Shown here one piece after another: positions 23,840 to 35,633 of a DNA stretch of 64,000 nt. Source of the DNA: Geosiphon pyriformis uo1 (Eukaryota; Fungi; Glomeromycota); the NCBI GenBank assembly GCA_016748015.1, contig JAAOMT010000009.1, positions 638,459 through 702,458 of the forward strand, written 5' to 3'. Made by a program: the position numbers and the translations under genes. A model generated the notes under the pieces. It ran no database searches, was not told where the DNA came from, and saw only the letters and a list, made by a program, of their open reading frames with translations. Each line of letters opens with the position of its first letter. The stretch's first letter is position 1.

Positions 23840-25809
23840 TCATTGAGATGAAAAAGAAGCTGATAAACCCAAATTAGAACATAAAAAGTCTAATCTTGCC
23901 AAAATCAAACCAACTAAAACTTCCAAAGCCATTATCTTAGATTTCAAACCACCCATTTTGGTGGTGAGAACCTTTGAGCTGCTCAAATTCAGTTCAGAGG
24001 TAGCATTTTCAATTGCCGAAGAAGAAAAAAAAAAGGCATTACCACACTATCCACAGCCATATCTGAATTCAAAGCCGAATCTATGAGAAAAGCAACAATA
24101 GGAGGGAGAATACAAAATAAAGATAACATTGGCACCAATTTCACAAAGCTCAATTTCCTCAAAATCTTAGAGACTTGATCCAATAAAAACTCTATGAAAT
24201 GCTCCAAAGAAGCTATGTGGTTAGTCAAACCAGAATTATCAAGAGAGTTGGAAGCCACCACCAAAGGTTTTGCACTTAAAGTTGAACCAGCACCAGAAGA
24301 AACTGATGAGGCCACACAAGAATGTGAGTCATCAGCAATTTGAACCCAAGTTTTTCTATCAAAAGATACTGAACGGGCAACTGAAGCTTGCTTTCTTTTA
24401 TAAATATTAGCCAGATAAACCTGATCTTAAGAAGATACCACCTGCTTATAATAAACTCCAAAATTCCCACCAACCAAACACACATCAGAAATATGACCAA
24501 AATGTTTACACTTGGTGCAATGAGCCAAAAAAAAACCAGCTTAGCACAAATTCACACCCTTATAAACCAAAACAAAACCAATAGCAGCCAATTTGGATGT
24601 CTTATTATCAAAACATACAACTACACATCTATTATAAGCATATAAACTAGGATTATGGCCAATAAAACAAGTTTTTCCACCATAAGAATCCACTAAGCCT
24701 AACAAATTATGAGCAGTAATGCCAACTGGAAGTGTGTATAACAAAGCCCAATATTGATCTCTGGAAACCCATGTTTGTTTGTCATTAATGGCTTTTGTTA
24801 CACAAACAGAATTCTTTTCCATGAAGACAGACCATTTAGCTACAACCAAATCAATTGTTTCAAATGACTTAAACTCCACTAAGGCTTTTTGTTACAAACC
24901 AATCAACTGCACCTTGATTGATACAATCTTGTCAAACTTAGAAAAAACAGAATCTATAGCCAATTTGAGAAGATTGACTGGAATCTTCTTGACAATCACC
25001 TCCTAATCTGAATGGCTATTTACCTTTCTTAAATCATTATTAACAATAATTTTCTTACAAATTGCCAATTCCTTTGCCTTATTTATACTAAACTCAGAAG
25101 TGAATGAAACTCTGATGATCTCTGGGAATTTTGAGGAAGTTGATGCCTCCCCAAAACCATCAACTCAATAAAAAATTTTTTTTATTGCCAATAATTTATT
25201 ACTATTAGTCTTTTCAGGAACAGCAGACAACTCAATATCTAAAGTAAATAATTTTACTGGCTCAAAATTACGTTTTTCCAAAACACATAACTTGGCAGAC
25301 AGCAGCTGATTGAATCCAACAAATTTAGGTGTCAGGAGCACCAACTTACTATTGTCATTGCTCACATCCACAAAAAAAGGAACTTTCGGCAATTGTCCTA
25401 AAACATAAGTTTTTGTTCACATTTTCTTAGGAGTTGTATCATCTATCATGTCATTTATCTCAGAAGCATTAAAGTCAACATAACTTGTTTCTTTAGTGAC
25501 TGTGTTCTTTAAATTCTCTACATCCGACATCCCACTTATACTGCTTTCCTTACTTTTCATTTCACTGCTCCAAGATTTGTTGTGCCCAATACCAGTAGCT
25601 TGCAACATCTTAGCAGACAAAGATCTAATTGACAAATTTACAATAGTATTAGAAGCCTTAGGCTTTTTTGGTTTCTTGAAAGAAAGACCACAAAAGTACA
25701 CACTATCAACTCATGCCTTTTTTTTGTTATCTTTATTACCAGAATAAGACCCCAATCCAGTTGATAAAAAACCAGAACCACTAGCAAATGTGCCTGCCAG
25801 TTCCATCAT
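23840..25809 (-). pseudogene. LINE ORF1 (gag-like nucleic-acid-binding protein), degenerate
   Basis: Starts at ATG 25809 (MMELAGTFASGSG). RRM-like relics lie at 24.5-25.4 kb. It ends SASFSSQ-TGA, overlapping the ORF2 ATG (ATGA, 23840-23843). Confidence 0.8.
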
Positions 25810-26928
25810 GACAAAAGGAGTTGTGTTGGAAAAAATAACTTAAGGAAACAAAAGGGAAAAAAAAAAGAAAAAGGGAAAGAAAAGCAATTTTTTCAAACAA
25901 AAAACTAAAGCTCTTATTGTGGTCAGAAAATTGACAAGAGAAAAAAATTTTCTCTTTATTTTTTTATGATTGTTAAATAGTATTAATATAATTATAATTA
26001 ATTAAATTATAACAAAAAACTATAATAAAATTTGTTAAATTGAATTAAACCAATTTTTTTAATCATTAATAATAAAATTATTATAATTTATAAATTTTTA
26101 AATTTATATAATATTATTAAATTAGAATTGTATATAAAAAATTTGTTAAAAATTATTATAAAACCAATAACAAAAGTAAATAGTTTTAATTTGGCTTTAA
26201 ATTCAAATATTTTTTTTTATCAATAATTAACTTTATTAAAAAAAATTATTGTATACAATATATAAAAAATAAACAATTTTGTTAAGCAATTAAATATTAT
26301 TTGTTGGCATTGTTATTAGAGGTTTTTGGTTTTTTTTTCTGAATGTTGCTAATATTATTTTGCTGTAAATTCAGAAGCTGTTAAATTTTTAATAACTAAA
26401 TTTATCTTTAAATTATCTTTTATAATTTAAACTATTAAGCTTATGAATAAAATGGCCAATTCTATGCCAGTTATTTTTATAGTTACTTTACAATAAAAGT
26501 CAACTCTTTCTCAAAAATTGCCTATCTGAAAATTCACTAAAAATGTGTAATTATTTTGCTATAAAAGTCAATTTTTTTATAGAAATCTTATTTGTAAGCT
26601 AATCTAATAATGATAATAAAAAATAAAAATAAAAAAGATGTAAAAAAAAATAAATTTTATTTAGGTAATTGTCTTTTGTTCAAATTTAGAGTTATTAATA
26701 AATTACTGAAATTGTTAGCTAATTAATTTTAAAATATTAATTATAAATTAAGAAGTTTCAAATACAATTATTGAATTTTGTGTTTTTTAAGTATTTGATT
26801 TTTATTTAATTTGTATTAAGAGACTTGTTTTACTAAAAATAATTCTAAGATAGAATAAGATAATTCTAACTGTAATAAAATACATTTTTTTAAAGAAAAA
26901 AGCTCTTTTTTTATATAAATTGTTATAG

Positions 26929-27593
26929 TGTTACAGGTTGGAGTAACAAGTTAATGGATAGCAAGGGAGAACAGGATTATAGGATGATGGAAATAATCAA
27001 AAAGAATTTCAACTTTAAAAAGCAAATTGAATGAGTATGGATTCAATGTGTGAGATCAGTCTTATAAAATATCTCAGTCACTATTCTTTTCAAAGGTAAC
27101 TGAAGAATCTGAAGGTAGAAGGATAGTCTGTACTGTCAACAATTGATCACCACTGGTATAATTTTATGCCTCATGTTGACACTCTTAGAATTCAATATCA
27201 GATATCAACTTGTGTTTTTCAGTCACCTTTATTCAAATAATCTTCAAATGCTACAATTATATACGTTAGAAAAAGGCCAACAAGTAATCTTTTATCTTTA
27301 AGATGTTTAGATACTTGAAAGTAGAGAAAGGGAAATTAGTGATAAGAGAAGGATTGAGATGAATGTTGTTATTTTATTTATTCTTGATTATTCAAATACT
27401 TGTTATTACATGTTTTTCTACAGTTAAGAGATTTATTATTTATATAGCTATCAAAAGTGGTCAATGATCAGGTCAATGATCAGATCAATGATCAGATCAA
27501 TGATTACTTTCTAAAAATAGTGTGGCTAATTATATGACATCAGTGGCTAATACATGTGATAATTAATAAGAAGTATAGGTCTCAACCATAACA
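26929..27593 (-). repeat. 3' LTR of Gypsy-2 (665 bp)
   Basis: Direct repeat of 34909-35633. It carries 4 copies of a 12-mer GGTCAATGATCA at 27459-27506. Confidence 0.95.
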
Positions 27594-28219
27594 TCATCTT
27601 TTCCAAAGAGATTGAGCTCTGGCGAAATCAAGCTATTTATAGTGTAATCTATTTGAAGAGTTTTATCTAACTCAAAGCTAACTAATTTATTGAAGTCTTT
27701 TGTAGATAGGGTGTATAATACTTGAGGTGAAATGAGTTTTGTATCCAAGAAACCAAATCTTTGTATTAGAGTTTTGGCTCTTTTAGCAATAGTTAAAACT
27801 CTTGGAACATCTAATCGTATAATGCCCAAAATTTCTGCCTGTATCTCTGAAGTTGTTTTCTTCATGAGCTTCATGTCATCTATGATTTCACCAAGGTGAC
27901 TATAGAGCTCTAGTTGTCTTTCATATGACAAGTTTTTGTCTATGGGTAAGATTTCTTTAATTGTTTTTCCAAGTATGGTAGAAGGTACAAGTATTACTGC
28001 TGTTATACTTTCTAGTAAATATTTATCTATTTTGCTACCAATTTTTTCTCTTCTGGTAGTTGTTTTCTTTGGTCTAATAACAGTATGTGTTTCACTGCTA
28101 TCAGTTATGATGGTCTGTTTTTCAATGGTCAAAGTAGTATTTGGATAGTTTTTAATCCAATACTCATAGAGAGTATAGAAGGCATTTTGAATGTTTTGAT
28201 CCAGAAAATAATTGTTCAT
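27563..28219 (-). CDS. Gypsy-2 ORF3, 218-aa hypothetical protein between integrase and 3' LTR
   Basis: Uninterrupted sense-strand ORF from ATG 28219 (MNNYFLDQ) running through the PPT into the LTR. No signal peptide or TM segment is evident. Confidence 0.7.
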   Translation of the reverse strand: MNNYFLDQNIQNAFYTLYEYWIKNYPNTTLTIEKQTIITDSSETHTVIRPKKTTTRREKIGSKIDKYLLESITAVILVPSTILGKTIKEILPIDKNLSYERQLELYSHLGEIIDDMKLMKKTTSEIQAEILGIIRLDVPRVLTIAKRAKTLIQRFGFLDTKLISPQVLYTLSTKDFNKLVSFELDKTLQIDYTINSLISPELNLFGKDDVMVETYTSY

Positions 28220-28260
28220 GTTAATTAAAGATACCTCTGTTTTGGGAATGGTGTGTTTAT

Positions 28261-29574
28261 TTATACTTGATTTTTGTTGATCATTTGAGTCGATATTACT
28301 ACAACAGACAACCAATCAGGTCATTTGTGATATTTTTTGAGTCACATGCCGTGAACAGGTCAATCATTAAAGATTGTTCTGAATTGATCTTGAAGAATAT
28401 AAGAACCATTGTTCAAAACTTTGTTGACTATAAAAGGTCCTTTTTACTGGCTAGAGAATTTATTACCATAGACATTGTCTTTGTCTAAATGGTATTCTAA
28501 TACCAAGTTACCAATACTTAAAGAAAGTGTTTTATAGGTTTTCTTCTTTTTAAGCTTTTCTTGAAACTGTTTTATCTTTTTGAAAGCAACTATTCGTGCT
28601 TCTACCAATGAGTCAAAAATGGTACCAAGTTTTCTTTGCAAAATGTCTTTGTAATTTGCTATTGTGATCTCTTCAAAGGGTATTGTCTCAATGTCAGTTT
28701 CTATTGGTAGTATTGTCATGCATCCATAGAGCAGATAAAAAGATTCATAACTTGTTATGTTATAATTCACAGTTCTATAAGCAAACAAAGCTGAAGGCAG
28801 TACTTTGTCCCATAAGTTTGTTTCTTCACTTGTTTTGGCTAGAGTTTCACATAGTGTTTTATTAAAACGTTCCACTAGGCCATTTGTTTGGGGGTGATAA
28901 GAGGAGGAAAGTTTGTGACATATTCCTATTTTTCTACAAAGTTCTTTAACCAGTATACTGAAAAAAGCTTTTTCTCTATTAGATAAAAGTTTTTTGGGGC
29001 AGCCATGATGGCAGATAATATCTTCATAAATGAAATTGGCTATTGAGACTGCTGTTTGGTCTGAAGTGGCTCTTGCTTCTACTTACTTTGTAAGATAGTC
29101 AGTAGCTGTGATAATGTATCTGTTGCCATCAGGAGTTATTGTTAAGGGTCCAACAACATCTATACCAATTCTGTCAAATGGTTGGCCAACAGAAATTGGA
29201 TGGATATCTTTTTTTCTATTGGGTTTTCTTTTTCTTTGGCAGGTATTACAGATTTTAATGTACTCAGTAATGTCTTTTCCCAAGGTAGGCCAATAATAGT
29301 GAGCTAGAGTTTTCTGAATTGTTTTTATTTTTCCAAAGTGTCTAGCTAATGGATCAGTATGCATGTTATAGATCACAATTTCTCTTTTTTCAAATCTTAT
29401 AACTCTCTGGAGGCAGTCAGGATCTTTTCTGTTTCTTTTGTATAGTTGGTTCTGGCAGATTAAATAGAAATTTGATTGTTTGTGCAAATATTCTCTTTGC
29501 TGTTAATTGTATTCCAGTGGGTATTGTCCTTTACCCAAAAATTCCATTAAGACAGAGTAGTTGTCCAAGTCCAT
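28261..29574 (-). pseudogene. Gypsy-2 integrase (separate ORF, premature stops)
   Basis: Starts at ATG 29574 (MDLDNYSVL). Motifs HTDPLARHFG, CNTC, FDRIGIDVVGPL, YHPQTNGLVERFN and *KGPF (GPY/F). One frame throughout, no chromodomain. Confidence 0.9.
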
Positions 29575-29639
29575 TATTGTGTTTGGTTGTGAGAGAATTA
29601 CTAATAATTAGGTTGGTTTGGTTTGAGATAGTTATACTG

Positions 29640-32600
29640 TCACTGGATGGTAAGTCTAAAGAGAGCATCAGCATTTTGATAATGTGCTCCTTTGTAATGT
29701 TGAATGTCATAGTCAAATTTGTCTAAGTAGAATATCCAGCGAGTTATTTTTTTATGTTCCAGCTTTTTTTTGTTGCATAACTAAACCAAAGCTTGGTGAT
29801 CTGTTATCACCAAAAACTTTACCCCTAGGAGATACTTATTCCAGTAACTGGTAGCCCAGACTACTGCTAAGCATTTCTGCTCAGTAACTGAATAGTTCTG
29901 TTTTGCTGATGTAAGGGTTTTACTAGCATATGCTATTGTATGTTCCCTGCCATTTTCATCTTTTTATGACAGGACAGCACCAAGTCTATAACCAGATATA
30001 TCAGTATGAAGGATAAAAGATTGATCCAGATTAGGTTGCTTGAGAATAGGTTCTGTAACCAATTTTTTTTTGAGGGTTTCAAATGCTTTCTGCTGATGTG
30101 TACCCCAGTAATGATTGACATTTTTCTTAAGTAGCTAATTGAGTGGAGAGGTGATTTTGGAAAAATCCTTGACAAATTTCCGATAATAAGAAGCCAAACC
30201 AAGGAAAGAGCACAGTTCATGAACATTTATTGGTTGTCTAATGTTCTGGACTTTTTCAACCTTGGCTGGGTCAGGAAAGATTCCATCTTTTGTAATAAGA
30301 TGGCCAAAAAATTGGGTTGATTGCCATTCAAAGAAAAATTTGATTGGATTTATCTTAAGGCCAGCATTTTTAAGGAGATCAAAAATCTTTTGCAAATATT
30401 CAAGGTGTTCATCCCAGGTTTTTGAGTACACCATTATGTCATCCAAATAAACCAGAACAAAATTTTCTTTCATTGATTCAAATACTTTGTCTATTAAGCA
30501 TTGAAAAATGGGAGGAGCATTGGTAAGACCAAAAAGCATGACTGTAAATTCATAGGTGCCATACTTGGTTATGAAGGCAGTTTTCTTCCGACTTTCTGAA
30601 TCCATCTCTACTTGCCAAAATTCAGCAGTTAGATTAATAGTTGAGAAGAAAGCAGCACCTTTGAATTGATCTAGCATTGCATCAATTTTGGAAAGTGGGT
30701 ACATGTTTCTTTCAGTGATGGCATTTAATTGGTGATAATTGACACAGAAGTGCAGGGTTCCACCTTTCTTGAATATTACTACAACTGGGAAAGCCCATTT
30801 ACTTTTGGTTTCTTGTATGAATCCAAGATCTTTTATTCATTTTATTTCTTTCTTGATGAACATATCATTGTAGCAATTGAATTGATATGGCTTTAGATGG
30901 ATGAGGTGAGTTTTTCTGGTGGTAATGGTGTGTTGTATTACATAAGTTTGTCCAGAGGTATCACTTTCTTTTAAGATAACTGGGCTGTTTCTAGCCAGCA
31001 GATTTTCAATGTCTATTTTTCTTTCTTCTGGAGAGAGTTCTTTTTGTTCTACAACTAGTGATTGGATCTCAAGTGGTTCATTTTCAAAGGACTTTTGGAC
31101 TTCTTTCAATTCTTCTCTAGGTATTAAACTGATTGGTTCTCAATCTTTGTAATAAATCAGGCATGATTTGTATTCATTACTTGGAGAATACAAGAGTTGG
31201 TTGCACCAGCACCAGGCACAAAGACCATGCCACTAATAATGGTACTTGGCTTTCTTACCAGGTTTTTGGTCAAAGGTTCTTCTAAGGATATTATAGTAGG
31301 GCCAGCAGATCAGCTTGCCATTCACAATGATTTCTTCTTTGTCAACTTTGACATTGTCCAGTGGCTTGCCATTGCTGGTAAAGGTAGTATATGTGAGTTC
31401 AGCAGTTTCTTCTTGTTCCTCTTGTTCTTCTTCTTTATTACTCTCTTCATCATCTGATTTGTCTGATTGTTCTTCTTCTTGATCCTGTTTGTTTGCTGGG
31501 GGAGTTGTCCAATAGTGGCATTTAACTACTATGGACTTCTCACCACATCTGATGGTTAATTTACACAGTTTATAGTTAAGTAAGGCTTTTGCTTTCTTGA
31601 GCCACTTATTACCAACAATAATGGTGTATTTTTTTGCTTCAGAAACCTCCATGTCAGTTTCAATGCTAATGTCATTGATGCAGACAGGAATAGCTTTGGC
31701 AATACCAAGACTTTTTTTTTTATCACTATGTATATTGGTCATAGGTTTGGTAGAAGGTTCATCAATTTTTCTGCCAATTGCTTCTAAGAAATATTTGGCA
31801 ATGACACTCATGAATGATCCACTGTCTAGAATCAAGTTGATGAAATAACCAGTCACTTGGGCTTTGCAAATTAAAGAGGTAATGTTGCTGTTGTCAGCAA
31901 GTTCAGCTTGACGAGAGTGTTTGTTGGTTTTTGGTATTTTCTTCTTGGGGATCAGAGATGTGCAAAGATCTTTTCTAAACTGTGGATGGGTCATCAGCTG
32001 GCCAAAGGTAATATGTGCTGGAGTTTCCATAAGATCTTTAACAACAGAATAAGGTCCAAATTTTTGTACTATTTCTGGGGGTTCTAGCTTTGGAGAATTC
32101 TTAAAAACTTTAGTCTTTGGTGGCTTATTATTATTAGCAGTTAATGTGGATGGTTTGTTTGGATCCAAAACGAAATCAACCTTGGCTTTCTTCTTCTTTC
32201 TTGTTAATTCTGTGGTGTTAATTGCTAGTTCATCCATGTCATGGTCATCATTAATTAAGTTAAAAGCATAAAAGAGGTTTTCTTCTGATTGGCTTGCATT
32301 CTCACCCTTTGGAGATGCACCTACCAGTTTAAAAGCTAATAAACAGTGGCTTCAACTAGAAGATCCTCTCTAAAGAAATTGATATTGGCATGATTAGATC
32401 TTTGATTGGGGGCATTGTTGTTAATGGTTTTGTTGTTTTGGTTATCATTGTTTCTAGAAGCTGGAGGGAGTAAGGAAAAATTGTTGCAATCTCTTGAAAA
32501 ATGTCCAGTTAATTCACAGTAATAGCACACAGGTGAGCCACGATTTTGTTGTCTTTAATAAGGTGGTTGCTAAGGCTGATTAAAGCATGGCTCAAATCTG

Positions 32601-34856
32601 GGTCTTTGGGGTTGCTGGTTATCTCTGACTGCTTGGGCTAATGGTTCTAATAGCTGATGTTACCAAACGAAATTAGAGATATTATTTAGCATGAAATTAT
32701 CTTATAATTCCTATTATTAATTAGCATATATTATCATTTCAAATGATCACTTATTACATTAGCAAAAATGTCCGAAATTATCATTTAATTAATAACCCAA
32801 ATTGTACACAACACAAATGTAACCTAATTACGATGATCAATCATGTAATACCCCAAACTATATAACATTCAGAAGTTTGCCGAAATTTGTAGAAATTTGC
32901 TAAAATAATTAATAGTTCACCGAAATATCTAATAGTTCGCCAAAATAACTTGTAGTTTGCCAAAATGTATCTTTAGTTCAGCGAAATTATAGAAAATAGT
33001 AAAGTTTAAGTTCATAGAATAGTGTTACAACAAGTTGTATAAAAGAAGAGCTTCTCTTTTTGAAAAAATGTATCTTACTTTAGATTTATCTCTTAAAACC
33101 GTTCTTATATACACAAAAAGAAATAAATATCAAATAATTTGAAAAACCAAATTCTTTAATCATTGTACTTGGAAAATCCCCAAAACCCAACTAACATTTC
33201 GAAATTGATTAGCTACCAATTTCAATAAACTGTTAGTGACTCCAGGCCTGGATAGAAAACGTTTCTCTTGACAAAATTCTATTTCTTTTACATTTCTTTT
33301 ATTTTCCTTTTCTTTTCTTATTACAAGCATTAGGGTAGCCTACAGACAAGATTCCTGTAGAAGAGTTGACTTTCACAGCAAAGTAACTATATATTTTAGT
33401 AAGCTTTCAGACGAGCAATTCCTGAGAAAGAGTTGACATTTACTACAACGTAACTACATAAAGTAACTGGCAAGGAACTGGCCATTCCATTTATAAGCCC
33501 AGCAGTTCAAATTATAGGAGATAATTTGAAGATAAATTCAGTTATTGGAGGTTCAACCACATTCAGAAAAAGTGAATTCACAGCAAAAACGCATCAACAA
33601 CATTTAAGAAAAGAGACCAAAAACCTCCAGTAACACCAAGCAAGATTTGCTGTGAGTCTATCTATTAACTGTTCATTTGGGTTTTGAGTTTGGACAGCAA
33701 AAGAAGTAGCAGCCATTTGAGGAGCAGGAGCCATAACAAAAACAGGAGCAAAAACTGGAAGTGTAGATCCCAAGTGTATTCTTTGATTGTCTTCAATTTT
33801 TTGGGCAAGTTCAATGGCCATGTCCATTGTAGGATTATTTTTTAGAGCCAAGAGAAACCAAAGAGCATAGGATAAGTCGGTTCTTAATCCTTTTGTAAAA
33901 GAATGAATCTTTTGTTCTTCTGTCCAGTTTCTTCCAGAGTCTACTTGTTTAATTAACTTTCTGATTGCTTTGGCATATTCAGTTACTACTTCTCCTGGAC
34001 CTTGAGTTCTTCTTTCCAATTCCATGCACCACTTGGATATCAAGATTGGGATTCTGAATTTGTTTTCAAACCAGGTTGTGAAAGAGGTGTTGTTTTCTCC
34101 AACATTTGCTGGCATCCATCTAATGATTCTTTGATGGGTATTGACATCAGTTTCCTGTAAGAACCAGATAGCAGGGGAGTCTTGAAGGTAGCCACCAACA
34201 ATTTGAAACTTGTACTTATCACTGTATTGGTTAGCTATAGCAGCTTTCTCAAAGTCATCTAACCATTTAATTGAATCTTGTGTATTACCTCTAAATAATA
34301 GTAGTAGAGTGTTGTTTCTTCACCCCAAGGCAGTTTGTATATCTTGGAGGGCAGCCAGGATGTTTGCTTATATTGGATCTTGGGCCATTGGTTCAGGAGT
34401 TACTGTTTGTGTGGAGTGCTCTAATTCACTTGAAAAAATATCAAAAATAAGGGCAGTTTGGTAACTTTCTTCTTCTGTTTCAAAGGGGTTTTCAGCTAAT
34501 TGGTAAGCAGCAATCCAAATATGGATTTGGTGATTCAGATATTCGAAATCAGAGGGCTGTTGTTTAAAGGTTTTGAAGTATAAGAGCTAATTAATGCTGG
34601 TATTTCTTTCTTTAAAATTGTCTTCAAAATAAGCTTGATCAAAGTAATAGATGATATAAGCTGTATAGGTTTCAGCTGAATGCTCATTCAGGAACCAGTT
34701 CCAAAAGTCTTGAAATTGTCTACTGGATTGTTTTTCAACAGAAAAACAGATCAAGCAGAAGGGCAGAGGATTGAGTTCAATAAACTCTAAATTGTTTCTG
34801 TTGTGTGCTGCAAAGTGTTCTTCTGATTGCTGTGGCAAGTATGAATAATTACTCAT
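29640..34856 (-). pseudogene. Gypsy-2 Gag-PR-RT-RNase H, degenerate, interrupted by a solo LTR
   Basis: Gag relics at 33.6-34.9 kb, CCHC at 32.5 kb, protease at 31.8 kb and RT at 30.1-30.8 kb. RNase H ends NADALFRLTIQ*. Confidence 0.9.
32658..33635 (+). mobile_element. Solo LTR of family X inserted in Gypsy-2 gag
   Basis: TGTTAC...GTAACA termini. Flanks CTGA and CCAA both derive from a CCGA TSD by CpG decay. Removal restores gag TANLA-R-LLEPLAQ. Internal ~20-bp repeats with (C/G)CGAAAT cores lie at 32870-32990. Confidence 0.92.
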
Positions 34857-34908
34857 ACAATAAAGAAATAAGTGAATTTTGACAACCTCACAGAGAGCAC
34901 CACTTTTA

Positions 34909-35633
34909 TGTTACAGGTTGGAGTAACAAGCTAATAGATTGTAAGGGAAAACAGAATTGTAGGGTGATGGAAATAATTAAAGAGAATTTCAACTTTAAAG
35001 AGCGAATTGAATGAGTATGGATTCAATGTATAAGATCAGTCTCATAAAATATCTCAATTGCTATTTTTTTTAAAGATAACTGGGGAATCTGAAAGTAGAG
35101 GGATAGTCTATACTGTCAACAATTGATCACCACTTGTATAATTCTATGCCTCATGTCAGCACTTTTAAAATTCAATATCAGGTATCAACTTGTGTTTTTT
35201 AGTCACTTTTATTCAAATAATCTTCAAATGCTACAATTATATACATCAGAAAAAAGCCAACAAGTAATCTTTTATCTTTAAGATGTTCAGATACTTGAAG
35301 GTAGGAAAAGGAAAATTAGCGATAAGAGAAGAATTAAGATAAAAGTTGTTATTTTATTTATTCTTAATTATTCAGATGCTTGTTATTACATGCTTTTCTA
35401 CAGCTAAGAGATTTATTACTTATATAGCTATCAAAAGTGGTCAATAATTAGGTCAATGATCAGGTCATTGATCAGGTCATTAATCAGGTCAATGATCAAG
35501 TCAATGGTCAGGTTAATAGTCAGATCATTGATCAGGTTGATGATCACTTTTTAAAAATAGTGTGGCTAATCATATGACATCAGTGGCTAATACATGTAAT
35601 AATTAATAAGAAATATAGGTTTCAACTATAACA
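34909..35633 (-). repeat. 5' LTR of Gypsy-2 (725 bp)
   Basis: Direct repeat of 26929-27593. It carries 9 copies of the 12-mer at 35439-35546. Confidence 0.95.

Larger units (their letters stand above)
10978..23843 (-). pseudogene. LINE ORF2 (endonuclease-reverse transcriptase-RNase H), many stops, split by Gypsy-1
   Basis: Starts at ATG 23843 (MIDLIWKIATCNVR). Removing 13966-22152 restores in-frame WKEV*VSII..LTNTKPIALIE. Stop at 10978. Confidence 0.88.
10843..25950 (-). mobile_element. Near full-length non-LTR retrotransposon (ORF1; ORF2 = APE-RT-RNase H-Cys/His), interrupted by Gypsy-1
   Basis: APE motifs KIATCNVR and TIDYIFIS..DTDH. RT motifs TNTKPIALIE, GLDQSEVFFPLL, AFVDDT and YRYLGIYL. 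RNase H relic at 12.0-12.3 kb. C-terminal CLYYGEVKSSDH. Conserved 3' module and poly(A) at 10843-10852. Confidence 0.92.
26929..35633 (-). mobile_element. Gypsy-2: full-length degenerate Ty3/Gypsy element with separate IN ORF and an extra 3' ORF
   Basis: LTRs at 26929-27593 and 34909-35633. Imperfect TSD ATAG/CTAG. PBS TGGTGCTCTCTGTGAG (34887-34902, resembling an elongator tRNA-Met 3' end). PPT GGAAAAGATGA. Motifs CYYCELTGHFSRDC, LILDSGS, YLDD, RNase H and integrase. Confidence 0.95.

Noticed and set aside
27459-27506. Short repeat arrays as possible CRISPR arrays
   Set aside because: The units are head-to-tail with no unique spacers, there are no cas genes, and the context is a eukaryotic LTR.
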